64,000 nt of DNA from Ramazzottius varieornatus (Eukaryota > Animalia > Tardigrada). Each line of letters starts with the position of its first letter. Within the stretch, counting starts at the first letter, position 1. This document shows positions 19,282-32,100 of this stretch, in pieces. The stretch lies in NCBI GenBank assembly GCA_001949185.1, contig BDGG01000008.1:496001-560000 (forward strand), given 5' to 3'. Under the pieces are notes generated by a model. That model searched no databases, was not told where the DNA came from, and saw nothing but the letters and a program-made list of their open reading frames with translations. The translations under genes were made by a program, and so were the position numbers.

Positions 19282-20109
19282 TTTTATCGACGTCACTGGA
19301 CGAGTTACGCGGTCTTGCGCTGTCGACCTGCAGCACGAATTTCGTCGCTGGAACTACACTCGCGTAGCCCACAAGTCCCTAGTCTCCATGCTCGGCAGGT
19401 GGTCTCCAGTGAGTAATGGTAATCAGCGTCCTGCGCAACGTACAAATATCTTTCTTCTATCGGGTTCTGAACACCAAAGTATATCAATATTGCCGATGAA
19501 GCCTCGCGTTCTCTTACTTGAGCAATCATAATACCACATTAGCACGATGAGCGTAATAATGTTCAAAGACTGGTGGGGGGGGACTTGTGCAATTTGAGCT
19601 CATGGAGTGCCGCTCATGTCGACAAATGTAGTTTTTAAATACCTCTCTCTTTCATTTTTAGCTCTAATCTGAGAATGCAAAATTGCACCAGAAGAAAGTC
19701 GTTTCTTCTGATTCGCTGATCATCGACTACGCTCAGGGTTCCCAGAAAACGAAGGATAGCTAGAGAACGACAGAAAGATCATGGACGGATGTGCGGTCGG
19801 TTTCCAAAACAAGATCAAGTGTTACGCAAAATTTGTCTATACCGAAACCTCATCTTTTTGTGCCCAACCTTTCGAGCGCTCCTACAGTGAAATAATTATC
19901 GAAATTATCAACACCCTGCTGTACCATGATGTTGTTCACGCTGGGATGCTAATGTTCGTCCTAGTGATTACGGACTTACGAGCATCCATTTAACGCGCGT
20001 AAGGCAACAAAATGATAGTTTCAGTTATACGAGCACGTTCAGAAGATGCGACAGTAGATGAATATTGAAATGGTAGATTATCTCATCATCATAACGAAAT
20101 AACTTGAAT

Positions 20110-23100
20110 TTAGGCAATCGGACAGGAATTAGAAAGAACACTGCCAGCGACACGACCATTGGCAAAGTTCTCTAACTGTTCGTTCAGCTTGAGGTTTCTC
20201 ATGCAGCCGACATATTGCTTCCTCGCGACTATTTTCATGTCTGGCTCCGATGGTGGAAGCGACCCGAGGAAGAGCGGCAGGTCAGTGTCGGCGGCACTTT
20301 GTCCAGCTGGGCCAATCTTCACGTCTTCGAAGCGATCATCGACGAACAAGCTCGCGACGTACTTGCTCTTGACAGCTGAAAACGAGAAGAAGGGAATATC
20401 CACCATCGACGCACTGAAGCTGAACCAGGTCCTGATCAGGAAGTCTTACCGTGGATGGTGTGCCAATCACCATCGCACATCGAGAAAGGCGATCCAAGGC
20501 TCACGTTTACACGAGTCACACCACCGCCGTTGTCAAAGCTGAAGTCCACCACACCGTTCACCAGCTGCAAGGCGAGGTAGTCTCTTCGCCTTCTGGAGGT
20601 GCCAACTGCCAAGATAACGCCGTCCTTTGATCGCGGACGGATCTCGATCGAGATGTCCAAGTCTTGTCCCACAACGAATTTGTCACCTGTCGAGAAAAAA
20701 ACCTTAAAATAAATAGGCCTAGTGATTAGTCAGTTGATCAGGGTGACGAAGCATACGAAGAGAAATGTGTCCTCCTTCTTGGAAAAAGAACGCTCCAGGT
20801 TCGGTGCGTTCGCTGCACGGGCCGACAGCCACTGTACTCGATGGGTTTCCGAAAGGCACGCCATTCAGTCGGAGGTTCCTCAGACAACCGTTGAACGGCA
20901 GATGGACGCCTTCGAGGTTCTTTGAGAAGTTCTTATTACCGTTGGTACCACCCAAGTACAGCGGGAACTTGGTGTTGAGGATCTCGGTGGTACCCGGACT
21001 TTCACTGCTGTGCACTTCGGTACCGTCGACGATGAGCTGACCAAGGCGGTTGCGCTTCACGGCAGAGACCGTATGCCACTCCCCATCGTTATACCTGAAG
21101 CAAAAGACTGTGAACAGATCTCGTACCAATAATGAAATTTGGCCGTTTCACGTACTTAAGAGGACTGCGGACCACTGCTGGCCCCGAGCCAGGGTTGAAG
21201 GCGTAGACCAAATGGCCATTCTTCATGTAGATGGCCAGGAAATCAATAGGACTAGGCTTCTGGTCGTCAACGTACATCAGAACGCCATCTTCAGCTGTGG
21301 TCTTGAACTCTACAGAGAAGTCGCTTCTTTCCATGAACGTGGCGGGTGCGTTGGAGAACTCCTGTCTTGATTCGGGCCGGCTTCCAAACTGCAACGCCGT
21401 AGAGTCCGACGCATCAGCTGCAACAAAATATTTCATCAGTTGAGGTTCCGTGTACAATGATGACCTGAAGATGTTTCTTACTGTCTGGTTGCAGAGGTAA
21501 TGCGCAGGAAGTCAGCGTGGCGGAACCGGTATTTATCGGTATCGGTTGTGGTAAAATGGCTGTTGTCCCCATCAGCTTCGTAGTGGCGCGCGTGGCTGCT
21601 GTGGTGGCTTGGGTTGTTGTGGCGGTGGTGGTGGTGGTGGTGGTAGTGGTGGTGGTTGTTGTAGCTGGCGTTGCACCGTTAATTTGACCGGCAGAAATGA
21701 ATATGCCTGGACGGGCGGTGGCCATTGTGACAACCTGAATACAGCAGGCTGGCTCAAATCGAGTCCGGCAGTCAGCTGAATAAGAGCCGGAAGGCCGGCA
21801 AACCAAACGTACAAGAACCTTGTCTCAAGCTGCGCACGCTTCCAACCAATAACAATGAAGACGTGCGCCACTTGACTTGATAGTCCTGTACGTTTCGTCT
21901 GCCACTTCCCAATCGAACTGTTTGTCAAAAGTTTAACCTGGTATAAGTTGGTCGTCATCATGGGTGGTTGCCAAAACGGCGCGAGGGTCGCTGCTGTGGG
22001 TTGTGGTGGCAGGACCGGAAGTACCTGTCCGGGTTGTGCTGAGATGGCGCAAGCCGAATACGAAGCACCCGGTCTCTCCTGACTGTCTGCGAAGTTCTGT
22101 ACTCGGTCGTTCACCACCACATCACCGATACACCCGATGAAGTTTCTGAACTGTGGTCGAAGTGGACTGGTGGTCTGGAAGTCATCCGGTACGCCACCAA
22201 AGTACAGCGGCTTGACCGTGTGGAGCGAGTCCACAAAGGCTTGTGAAGCTTCAACGATCTCGAAGTCGTCGATCATCAGACGCATCTTGTTCGACTCTTT
22301 GGAAGCACTGACGTAGTGCCATTCGCCATTCCAGTTGGCATCGAGGTCGGTCGTGACGGAAGACACCTGGCCTCGGCCGTCGTCGGACGCCCAGACTAGT
22401 CGACCGTCCTTCAGCGACAGACTGAGCACTTGGCTGTTGTCTTCACTGCTGGTCAGGAACAGAAGGCCGTTGGGCGTAGTGGTTTTAAACTTCAGGGTGA
22501 TTTGGAAACTGGACTCTACATTCACGGCTGGCATGGCGAGATACCCGGCACTGCTGTCGGAAAAGGTCACCATACGTTTAACCTGAGAAAATGCGGAAAA
22601 AGAACTGTCGTCAAAAAACAAGTCGAACACTCGTTCATGAAACAAAATCATCCCACATTAGTCTTGACTTTCATATTAAAAGCATTCATAATTCACTGTT
22701 ATTTAGGTTTTCTGAGCAGTATGGTCAAAGGTATGGTTTTACCGTGGTTGGGCATCCAAGCAAGGCTCCCTTAGCTTCCTTCGTGTTCTCCAGCTTGACT
22801 TTACGAGTGTCGACTTCCAAGCTGCGGACACATCCTTCAAATGCCTGCTTTGTGATTTCGGTGTTGCGCGTGGAAGGATGCCCACCCAGGAACATTAGAC
22901 GGTTCACGTCCAGCCTGTCCTCATGACCAGGCGAGGTATCGTTAGCCACGTTCTCGGAGTCAATCTGGAGAACCCCACGTTTGCCATTTCGTACCACTCC
23001 AATAGCGTGCCACTTGCCGTCATCGTAGCGACCTGGGGACTTGATAGCTGTAGTACCTGAACCCAGATTGTACTGGAAGAGAACGTGTCCGTCATTCAGC

Positions 23101-26100
23101 TCTACCGAGAAGAATTCCTGTGGAGAAAATGCATCAGAAGATGATCATGGAAACAAAAGAAAGTCAATTTTGGGGGAGACTTGCCTCGGATCGGTCGTCA
23201 CCGAGCATAAAAAGCAATGCCTGTTTGTCGAATGTTTTCATCTCCAAGATGACTGCCGTATCTCTTGCCACATCCACTCGACCTTCCAAATTATACACTG
23301 CATATCCGTTCCCGTCTAACTTGATACCTTCCTCCACGTTAGGCACAAGGAGCTGGTCGCGTTCTGGGGCCAGTTGTGGGACAGTCGGTGCCGATGAGTC
23401 AAACGTGTAGTTGCCTTGATTCCACAGACCAATGGGTTCCATGTCGAATTCCAGACCTTCGATGAAGCCAGCGAAGCGCTTGTTCTTGACTGGGGTCTGC
23501 AGGCGGAACGACAGCGGCATGCCACCGATGAAAAATGTAGAGTTCTCTTGGTTTAGGTTGAAGACGGTGTTGGGGCCACTTGTGGCGCCCTCTGCCGAGA
23601 ACTCACGGCGACCGTCGGGACCCGGAAGGGATATCACACGCACCGTGGCGGTCTTTCCGATACTACAGAAAAAAAACAGCAATATTGTAGTCCCGAACAA
23701 CCGGGCATTATTTGTGATTAATAAGAGTTTGTTATACTCAGCTCTTACCGTTCAACGATGACTTGATGCCACTGGTTGTCGGATACGAACTTGTCCCTTA
23801 CTTCGACTCTTGTTGGTCCAGAGCCCAGGTCGAAGAGAAGGACCACGAAGCCATTTTGAATTTCGAGAGCCATGTAATCATCCTGCAAATAATTAGACAA
23901 TTGTCATACATTCATCGGTTAAAGTCCATGGGACGTTTTCTGTGGCTGGTATGCAAAGTCTTACCGTGATGGGACTGAAGTCTCGCTTTACTCGTCGGGA
24001 CGTGCCAACTTCGTTACCCAGATAATACAGGAGACCATCGCGTTCCGCTGTCTTGAAGTACAGGCTGATGTGAGTATAGGTCGAGGCTCGCCCGATGTCA
24101 CTGGGGTTCTTCAACTGCACCGAGTTGCTTCGACTTAATTCCATGCCGACCTTGATTCGGTTGGTTAAGCTCCTCGTCAAGTCAATCTTACGTCTCAGTT
24201 CGGCTATCTTATTCCCCAAATCATCGGCGGCGGCGTGGTTAGTTTGAATCTGAGCATCAGCACGCGAGATGCGGTCATTGAAGCCTGGAATTTCTGCTGG
24301 AGCTTGTTTGGCAGCTTTCTCCAACAACATAATTTCCGACAGTCCGACAGTGTCATCTGGCTTCTGGTTGAGCCCGTACGGCGCACCTGTCAGCTCGGCG
24401 ATGATCTTTTCCGCTTGGGCATGGATGTCCGTGGCTCGAGCATCAGCGGTGTTGGCGCGGACAGTCTGGTCGTCTAGTCCGGCTTTCAGGTCGTCTTTGG
24501 GAATTTGCTGCATTCCAGTCCAGAAGGCGGCAATAACTGAGAACAAACGAGACATTAAGTACAGACAGAAGCTCGGTTTGCACCCACCTGCGTACACACA
24601 CACACACAGGACGTTTATTTTATCCGTCGCTGCATGCAGGTGAGTGAAAGACTCCGAAGAGCTTCCGTTATGCATCCTCACATAGACATCAAATTCTTTA
24701 GCAATTTGAATCATGTATCACTAAAAATTTTTGCTACGAATAAATTAACCACAAATACATCACACCTTGGCCAGTTTCGGCTTGACGATCATTGACAACT
24801 TGGCCCTTATTGCGCGAAGCGTCGATGGTCCTACGCAGTTTCAGGGCGTCAATCTTAGACTGGTCCGCCTGATCTTGTAACTTTTGACTCTTGGCCAAAC
24901 TATCCCCGACATCCGCCCTGACATTCGCCGATGCGGTTGTAATGTCGTTGAATAAGATGGTCGAGTTGTCATAAGCAGCCCTCGCGGCCGCCACATCGTC
25001 CACGATGTCCCCATACACCGAAGCAGCTTTCTTGCCCAGAGCTGCGGCGTTCCTTGTGGGCTTGAACATGTTGTCCAAGCGATCTGCTTCGTGTTCCAGC
25101 ATCCTCGTGTGGTTTTTGGCAGCGCTGAGTGATGCGAGAGATTCGCGGTTGTCGTTGAAGTGGGCGCGGTTGGTAGTGTTGAGTTGGTCACGAGCAGTCA
25201 GTAGTCTTCGGCTCTGGTCGTCCAGGGTGGTGAAGGACGTCTGAGCGTCGGTGAAGAACAACTGAGAAGCGGCGGTTTTCTTGGAGGAATTTCCTTGTAC
25301 GTCAGCGATGATAGTCTTGAGGACCTTAATGGCTTCAATATTATCCGTGATGTTTTCTTTCACTGCTTCGATCTTGAGCCGGGCTTGGGCAACGGTCTCG
25401 GTGGCGTTGACAGACCATTTTTCTAAATCTTTCATCTTCTCCTGGAAGTCTCGAATACCTAGAAACAAAAGCAAAAGTTATCCACGTTCACAAAAGCTCA
25501 GATAAATTTAGCAAAGCAAAGAATATTTTAATCTTTAATTTTTCTTTCTAATTTGACTTGAACCTTTTTTCCCACTAGTTCAGATAAAACTAAAATCTGA
25601 AAATAAGTTGGACAGAACATAGCACCTTCTTGAAGAGCATCAGCACGTCCGAGTGTGCCGTTATGTTCAGTGTTAAAAGCACGGATCGAGCTTTGTGTGT
25701 CTTTGGCGGCAGCCAGCTCGAAGGAAGCGTTACCGCGGTAGTCATCGAACTTGCGATTGCGTAGGGTGGTCAGGATGGGTTCTGCAAGGAATGTGCTCTC
25801 TTGGACCTTCGAACCAGGACCTTGTCGCAGGTACGCCTCCAGCACTGCAAAACTTTGCGCTAGGTCAGTCACGTTTCTCCTGGCGCCACCTGCCCGTCTC
25901 AACAACGTCGACAGTTCGTCCCGAGCCTGATCAGCCGCCTTGAGCTTCTCTTCAGCAGTCTTCCGGGCATCGCCGCTCTGCAAAGCGAAGGTCTTTCAGA
26001 CGCAAAAAGTTACCAAGACTATCTGATTGTGAACTACGAGACCAGTGTGATGCAAATTACTACAGGAATGCAGTGTAGGAAAACGACGAATTCCAAGAGG

Positions 26101-29100
26101 TGTCTCGTGAACGTAAACCGAAGACTGACCTGTTTGTGCTTCTTGTCGACGGCGGATTCGATAGCTTGGAGTTGAGTGTCAAAACCCTGTCAACCAAATT
26201 GTTTTTTGCCATCAGACACATGCAGCAGCAAGTTGAAAACGTCATGAAATACTGAGAGACAAGTACATACCAGAAGAGTCTGCGGAGCTCCCGTGATGGT
26301 GAGGAAATTGACGGCTTGTGACATGTTTCCGATAGTTTGGCCCAGTTTATTCAGTCGGATGGTGGCGAACTGCGACGCGGAGACCTTTTCGAACTCGCGA
26401 TCAGCAATGTCCAGCTTTTCGTTCATTTCGTCAAAGTCATCCAGAAGGGTGTGAACGCAATACCCACAAGCTTCACAACCGACATTTTCCACCTAATGCC
26501 ACACGAACCTCAGTTAGAATGTTCACTCGTGAATGGATCTGCTGAAGACTGTCATCGCTCACAAAAGTAACTTACCAAGACGTGGCGTGGTTTGCAGCGA
26601 TCGCATTCGGCTCCAGTCACTCCAGGTAGACAAGAGCAATGTCCGGTGATAGGGTCGCAGCTTTCCCCAATGGAATACTTGGTCGCGCAAGCACAGCGCG
26701 TGCAGCCACTTGCCGAATAATTCCTGTAAATATTCGTAAAATAGAGTTTTGATGCAATGTTTCGACGGAAATAGAGAGGTCCTTACCAGTAACTGCTTGC
26801 ACATCGGTCGCAGTTCTTCCCGATAACGCCAGGCCGACAGTCACACTGGCCATTGTCCACATTGCACTGTTTCGTCTTGCTGCCAAGTTGGCAGTTACAA
26901 GCCGAGCACCCTCGACCAGACTCAAATTCCCAATGATCCGGAGCACACCTGTCACAGCGAAGACCTTCGACGTTTGGCCAACATTTGCATGTCCCATCAG
27001 TGGTGTTGCAGGACTCTGTCCCGTACGCTTCGCAGTCGCAGACTTGGCATGCCGACCTTGTTGGATCTCCAAAGTAATCCTCCCTGTATAGATCACGTTA
27101 TAGTATAAGTAACTTACAGAGTAACAGCCAGAACACAGAGAGGCATCGTCATACAGAAAATGCATCAGAAAATTCAAGCCACGGTTCCAAAGAATGCGTC
27201 TCGTACTGATAGTATCCGCAGAAAACTCACAAGTCACAGAGTCAGATCATACCGAAATGATCAAAGAAACATTGTCCATTTGCAATCAACTGTGAAATTG
27301 GAGCTTTTCTACGGTTGATTTCTTGAAACATTTATGTTCTTAACGACATTGAGTAGGAACTTTTTATTACCGGCAAGTGTTGCATTCGGGACCGGAAGTA
27401 TTATTCAAACACTTCAAACAAGCTCCAGTGATCGGGTCACACGAAGCCGGGTCATTCGGGTCGATGTTGTTGTTACACTGACAGGGTTGACAGAAGCCAC
27501 CTGGCACTTCCGGTTGGCCAAAGTACCCAGGTGCGCAGTACTGACACCGGTCTCCCACGTAGCCTCCTCGACAGGTGCACTGTATGCCCATGCCGTCTTG
27601 GTCGACGACGCATGAGGTGGCAAAGTTGTTACTCGCGATCGGTATAGGACAGGCACAGATCATACAATCATACGGGCTACCTCTTGTGGCATCCCCGTAG
27701 AAGCCTTCTACGCACTTGTCGCACCGTTCGCCAGTCGTGTTGTGGAGGCAGTTAATACACTGACCGGTGTGAGGATCGCAACGTTCGGCGTGGTTGTTAC
27801 AGTCGCAGGCCAAGCAGATACCCAAGTATGGTCCAGTTTTGCTGCGGTAATGGTGGGGAGCGCAGTCCTCGCAGGAAGAACCTGCATGCAAAATTAGTGA
27901 ATAATTTCTCATCGTGTAGGAAGATAGTTCTGATCCAACTTAAGTTACTGCCCTAAATCTTCTGCCAATTTACTTCTTTTGGTTAGTTATGTCAGTGACT
28001 AAGCACTGATTATATTTATATTACCTGTGTATTGGGGTGGGCAGACGCATTCTTCAACCTTGCCGGCCAGGTTCAGTCCCGAGATGATCTCGTTACTCTC
28101 CTTTGGCGGAAGGGCGCCTTCAAGTGTGACGTAGTTGAGGGACAGGGTTCTTGGGTTCGGGAAGTATCCGGCTTTAATGTGTAGAGCGTCCAGCGCGACC
28201 ATGACCATCATGAACTGATCTCTGCTGACTTTAGTGCCAGACTCGTGTTCGAAATTGCCTTCGGTCAGTTCCACTTCCACCTCGTGATTCGCGCCAACGA
28301 CCGGCTGAGTGTCATGCAGATAGTGGATAGTCATATTTCGACCCTGCAAAAAATGTACTCAAATTCATGCAAAATTTCCTGACAGAAGAAAACTCTCAGC
28401 TGAACTTATTCTGACGAACCTTGAGGATGACATCGGGTGAAAGTGAGCCAGTAGCGCCATCTGCTGCCACGTTGATGGAGTAGGTCAGCTTCCCGCCATA
28501 CGACGTCACTCGGTTCCCCAACAATTCAGTAGGAGCCACCCAGTAAACTTCCCGGTTGGAAGTCACTGCAGGGTCCACTGTAGCTTCTGCCCCAGTACTC
28601 TTCATGGCGACCGGAAGTGCTGGTAAGGTGGTCCATTTGGCCAGTTCAATCTGTGGGTCTCCGAGAGGAAGCAGCACTCGAGAATAGGCCGACGGTTGAC
28701 ACTGGCTAGTCACTCCGCAACAGAAACACTTGGTACAGCCCAGAGGGTTCTTGGCATCAAGCAGGAAGGTCCCGGCTTTGCACATGTCACATCGTGGACC
28801 AGCGACATTCTCCTTACAGAGACACTGACCGTTCTGCTGGTCACAGATTGCGTCGGTCGCACCTCGGACGTCGCAGTAGTGACAGGCTTGACAGTGAGGA
28901 AACGAGTAATACCTACCAAAAGGGAATAAAGTATATCCTTATTCAACCGATCAAAAGGAGAGAAAGTATAAAAAGGACTGGAATGTACTTCTTACCCGGT
29001 GATACACTTGTCGCAAGTTCGTCCACCAACGTTCTGTTTGCAGAAGCACGTTCCGGAATCTTGGTCGCACTCGAGCGAACCATTGGTACCGTATGGGTTG

Positions 29101-32100
29101 CAGTTGCATTCTTGACAGCCGGTAATGGGATGGAAGCCATATGTTCTGGGCATGCACATATCACAGCGTTCACCCATTACCCTTGGGGGACAGATACAAG
29201 CGCCGGAGACGGGATCACAGACGCTGTTGAATGGGCAGTTGCAGACCCGACATTCTGGGAAACCCCAATAACCCGATTTACACCGATTACACTGAAAAGG
29301 ACGGACACTAAAATTACATCGTTCGCATTCAAGAAAAATTGGAAGCTCGGTAAACAAACTTGATAGTATTATTTTCCCCAAGTGACGCATATTGTTGGTG
29401 TCTTTGGCCGACAGTGAGCGCCATTTGAAAAACGATGTTGTCGAGATTGTTCGACAAGGTCCCATTATCATACTGAATATATATTCGAAATATATTTTCC
29501 AAGGTCGAAAATTGGGAAACTGACCAACCTTTCTGCCGATAACGTTGGTACGGCATTGGCACTGACCGCCAAGTTCTTCGCACTGGAACGAGGTGGAGCC
29601 CTCCAAGTTGCATTCGCACTGCATGGCCTCATTGTTGAAAGCGGAGACCAGCGAGAAGGTTCCTTGTCGACAGAACCCTTTGACGTCAGGGTCGATCTCG
29701 AAGTAGTCCTTCGAGCACTGGTTGATGAAGCTAGTGGCCAAGTCACGTGGGGTTTCATGAAGGAACCGGCGTTCGTACTGGTTGGCTGGTACAGCGATGA
29801 CGTAGTCGAGGTAAACTTCGTGGCCGTCCTTTCCCTTGATGGTGATGGAGTAGTCTCTGCCTAGGCGGAAACCGATACCGGGACCTTCAGCATGGCGCAG
29901 GACAGCTCGACAGCCACTAAGCGAAGGGCAGAAGTGGGTCTCCAGTGTGGCTGGGTTGGACTCCACCCCTTGAACCGCAGCCTCGAATTCACCACCGGCT
30001 CCGTTTGGCTGATAGTAATGGACAAGTATCACATGGTCACCTGCAAAAACATTGTTATTTTGGTTTCTCATTTCATTTCTATTTTGTTTTCCAGTTTTGG
30101 CTTGATTTTCCGGTGTTCAGCCTTATAGATTTTTCTGATTTTTCAGAACTTACCGGCTCGTTGAGTTGTTCCTCGTAGGTACGACGTTTGGTTCGTCAAG
30201 TACAGCATGGCGGTCTGGACCTTCGCCGGTAACCCAGGAATCTCCGGTCGCATGTGGGAAATCTGGGTGTCAGTTTCGGCTTCCACCACATTAGAGTCAG
30301 GTACAGCCGGGAACTCGCCCGTGACGCAGGCTCCGTCGACAATGACGCACCCACTTTGTGGCCGGACGTGGTCGTTGTGCCATTCAGAAGCAGGGACCGC
30401 GATCAAGTCGGTCACCACCAAGTCCGGCTGCACTCCGTTCACTCCCAGTGGTGTTATGGTCAGCCTGAGGTACCGGTCACTCGGAGCGAAGACAGCTGGC
30501 TTACCACCGTTCTCGAGAACCACACTGCGGCAGACGTGTTCGTACGGGCAGTTATAGAGCGCCGCTCGGTATTCGAGGGGCGTGGTGCTCGTGCGCTTGT
30601 TGACCGTAATGTTTAGTCCGGAGACTCCGTTCAGCTCACGAGTGAAGTAAGCGAGGACCTGAAGAGAATATGATAGGATTAAAACCCACAACCTTCAAAT
30701 AACTGAATTAAATGGGAACTCGGTACACAAACTCGACGAAGACGTTTTCCCAAGTGGCAGACCTTTACAGTGCCACTGGCTGAAAGCCTGTGCCACGTGG
30801 AAAAAGCATTTTGTCGAGGTTGTTTGCCGAGGTCTCAGGTTGTCAGTGCAGCAGTTTATTCAGAATAGAATTTATTCTTTATCGTAAGGTCTTGTTTACT
30901 GAAGTTTTGAAAACTTTTCGAGTTCTCAACGGAAGAGGATCGCGTTCGTACCAGATGATGCGGTTCGGTTGGGAGGATTTCAGCTTCCATGGTCAACTGC
31001 GGTTGGCTAGCGTCGATGAGCGCTCCTTTGAGCCCGCGTCTTGTCGAGTCATCAATGATGGGTTTCAGTGTGTCACCGTTCTTCTTGTAGAAGGAGTTGA
31101 CAGCCGGATCCACGTGAATATACTTGTCAGCGAGGTTAGGATACGTGAAGTTCCTGCAGGTGTGGGCTTGACCATACAGGCATGGGTCGTGGACTGCTTC
31201 TTGCAGGACCGTAGCTTCGTAGTAAGCTTGAGGAAGGAGGACAATGTAGTCGATAAGGACCGGCTTGGCAGTTTTCATCAGCACATGCCATTGACCGGGG
31301 TGCAGCACGAATGTGTTGGTCAGGGTTCCTTCTCCGACACTGGCATACTTTCCGTCTCTGGTGGGCAGGAAGTCCACGACAGCTTTCTGGTCAGCTTCTG
31401 CGCGGTGATTTGATTCAGGAATGACTATCACGTCGGCTCTGGCGGTGGTGTTAGCCAGGTTGGCGTAGCGAACAAGCATGCGGTACAGACTGGGCTTGCG
31501 AATATGGACGGGAATCTCGATCTGTTGTTGCTTGTTAGACATGACGGCGTACCCGCGCCACGAATATCCGGGGAAGTCGGAATCCTTGAACTCGTATTGC
31601 ACCGGGCCGTTCTCAACGGCGCGACCATCCTCGGCTAGACGCACATCAAACTTGGGCATCATGAGATCCGACGGTCTTTTAAACGGGAAGAGAACTTACC
31701 TTCGAACTTTAGGTGATGGAGTGTCGGGAAGTAATGAAGCTTAACCACTTGGCTGCATGTTTTGCCATTGATTCGCGGGCGGCAAACACATTGTCCATTG
31801 TTCTTGTCACAGACGGGACTGACTGCACCACCGACATCACAGCCACAGCCAACGCAGCCGTGGAGGTTGGCTCCATCCATCTTGTAGAAGCCATCCTTAC
31901 ACTTGGTGCACTGGCGGGCTTCCACGTTGCTCTTGCAGGGACATGCGCCAGTGCGTCCATCACAGATGGACAAGGCGGAAACGGTGCCATCTTGGTTACA
32001 GGCGCACTCGTCGCAGCCACTTGGATTGTACAGATCCAGTCCCCAATAACCGGGCTTACACCTGTCCAAAGAGGCAAGTTTTTCTGCCAACATCATTCTT

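Noticed and set aside
18737-19531. 264-aa alternative-frame ORF over the GPCR, and similar long shadow ORFs over laminin, ROCK and cyclin K
   Set aside because: No recognisable domains; explained by overlap with real coding exons.
21595-21665. (ACC)n poly-Thr run in laminin
   Set aside because: A Thr-rich G3-G4 linker is already known in LanA-type chains, so it is not novel.
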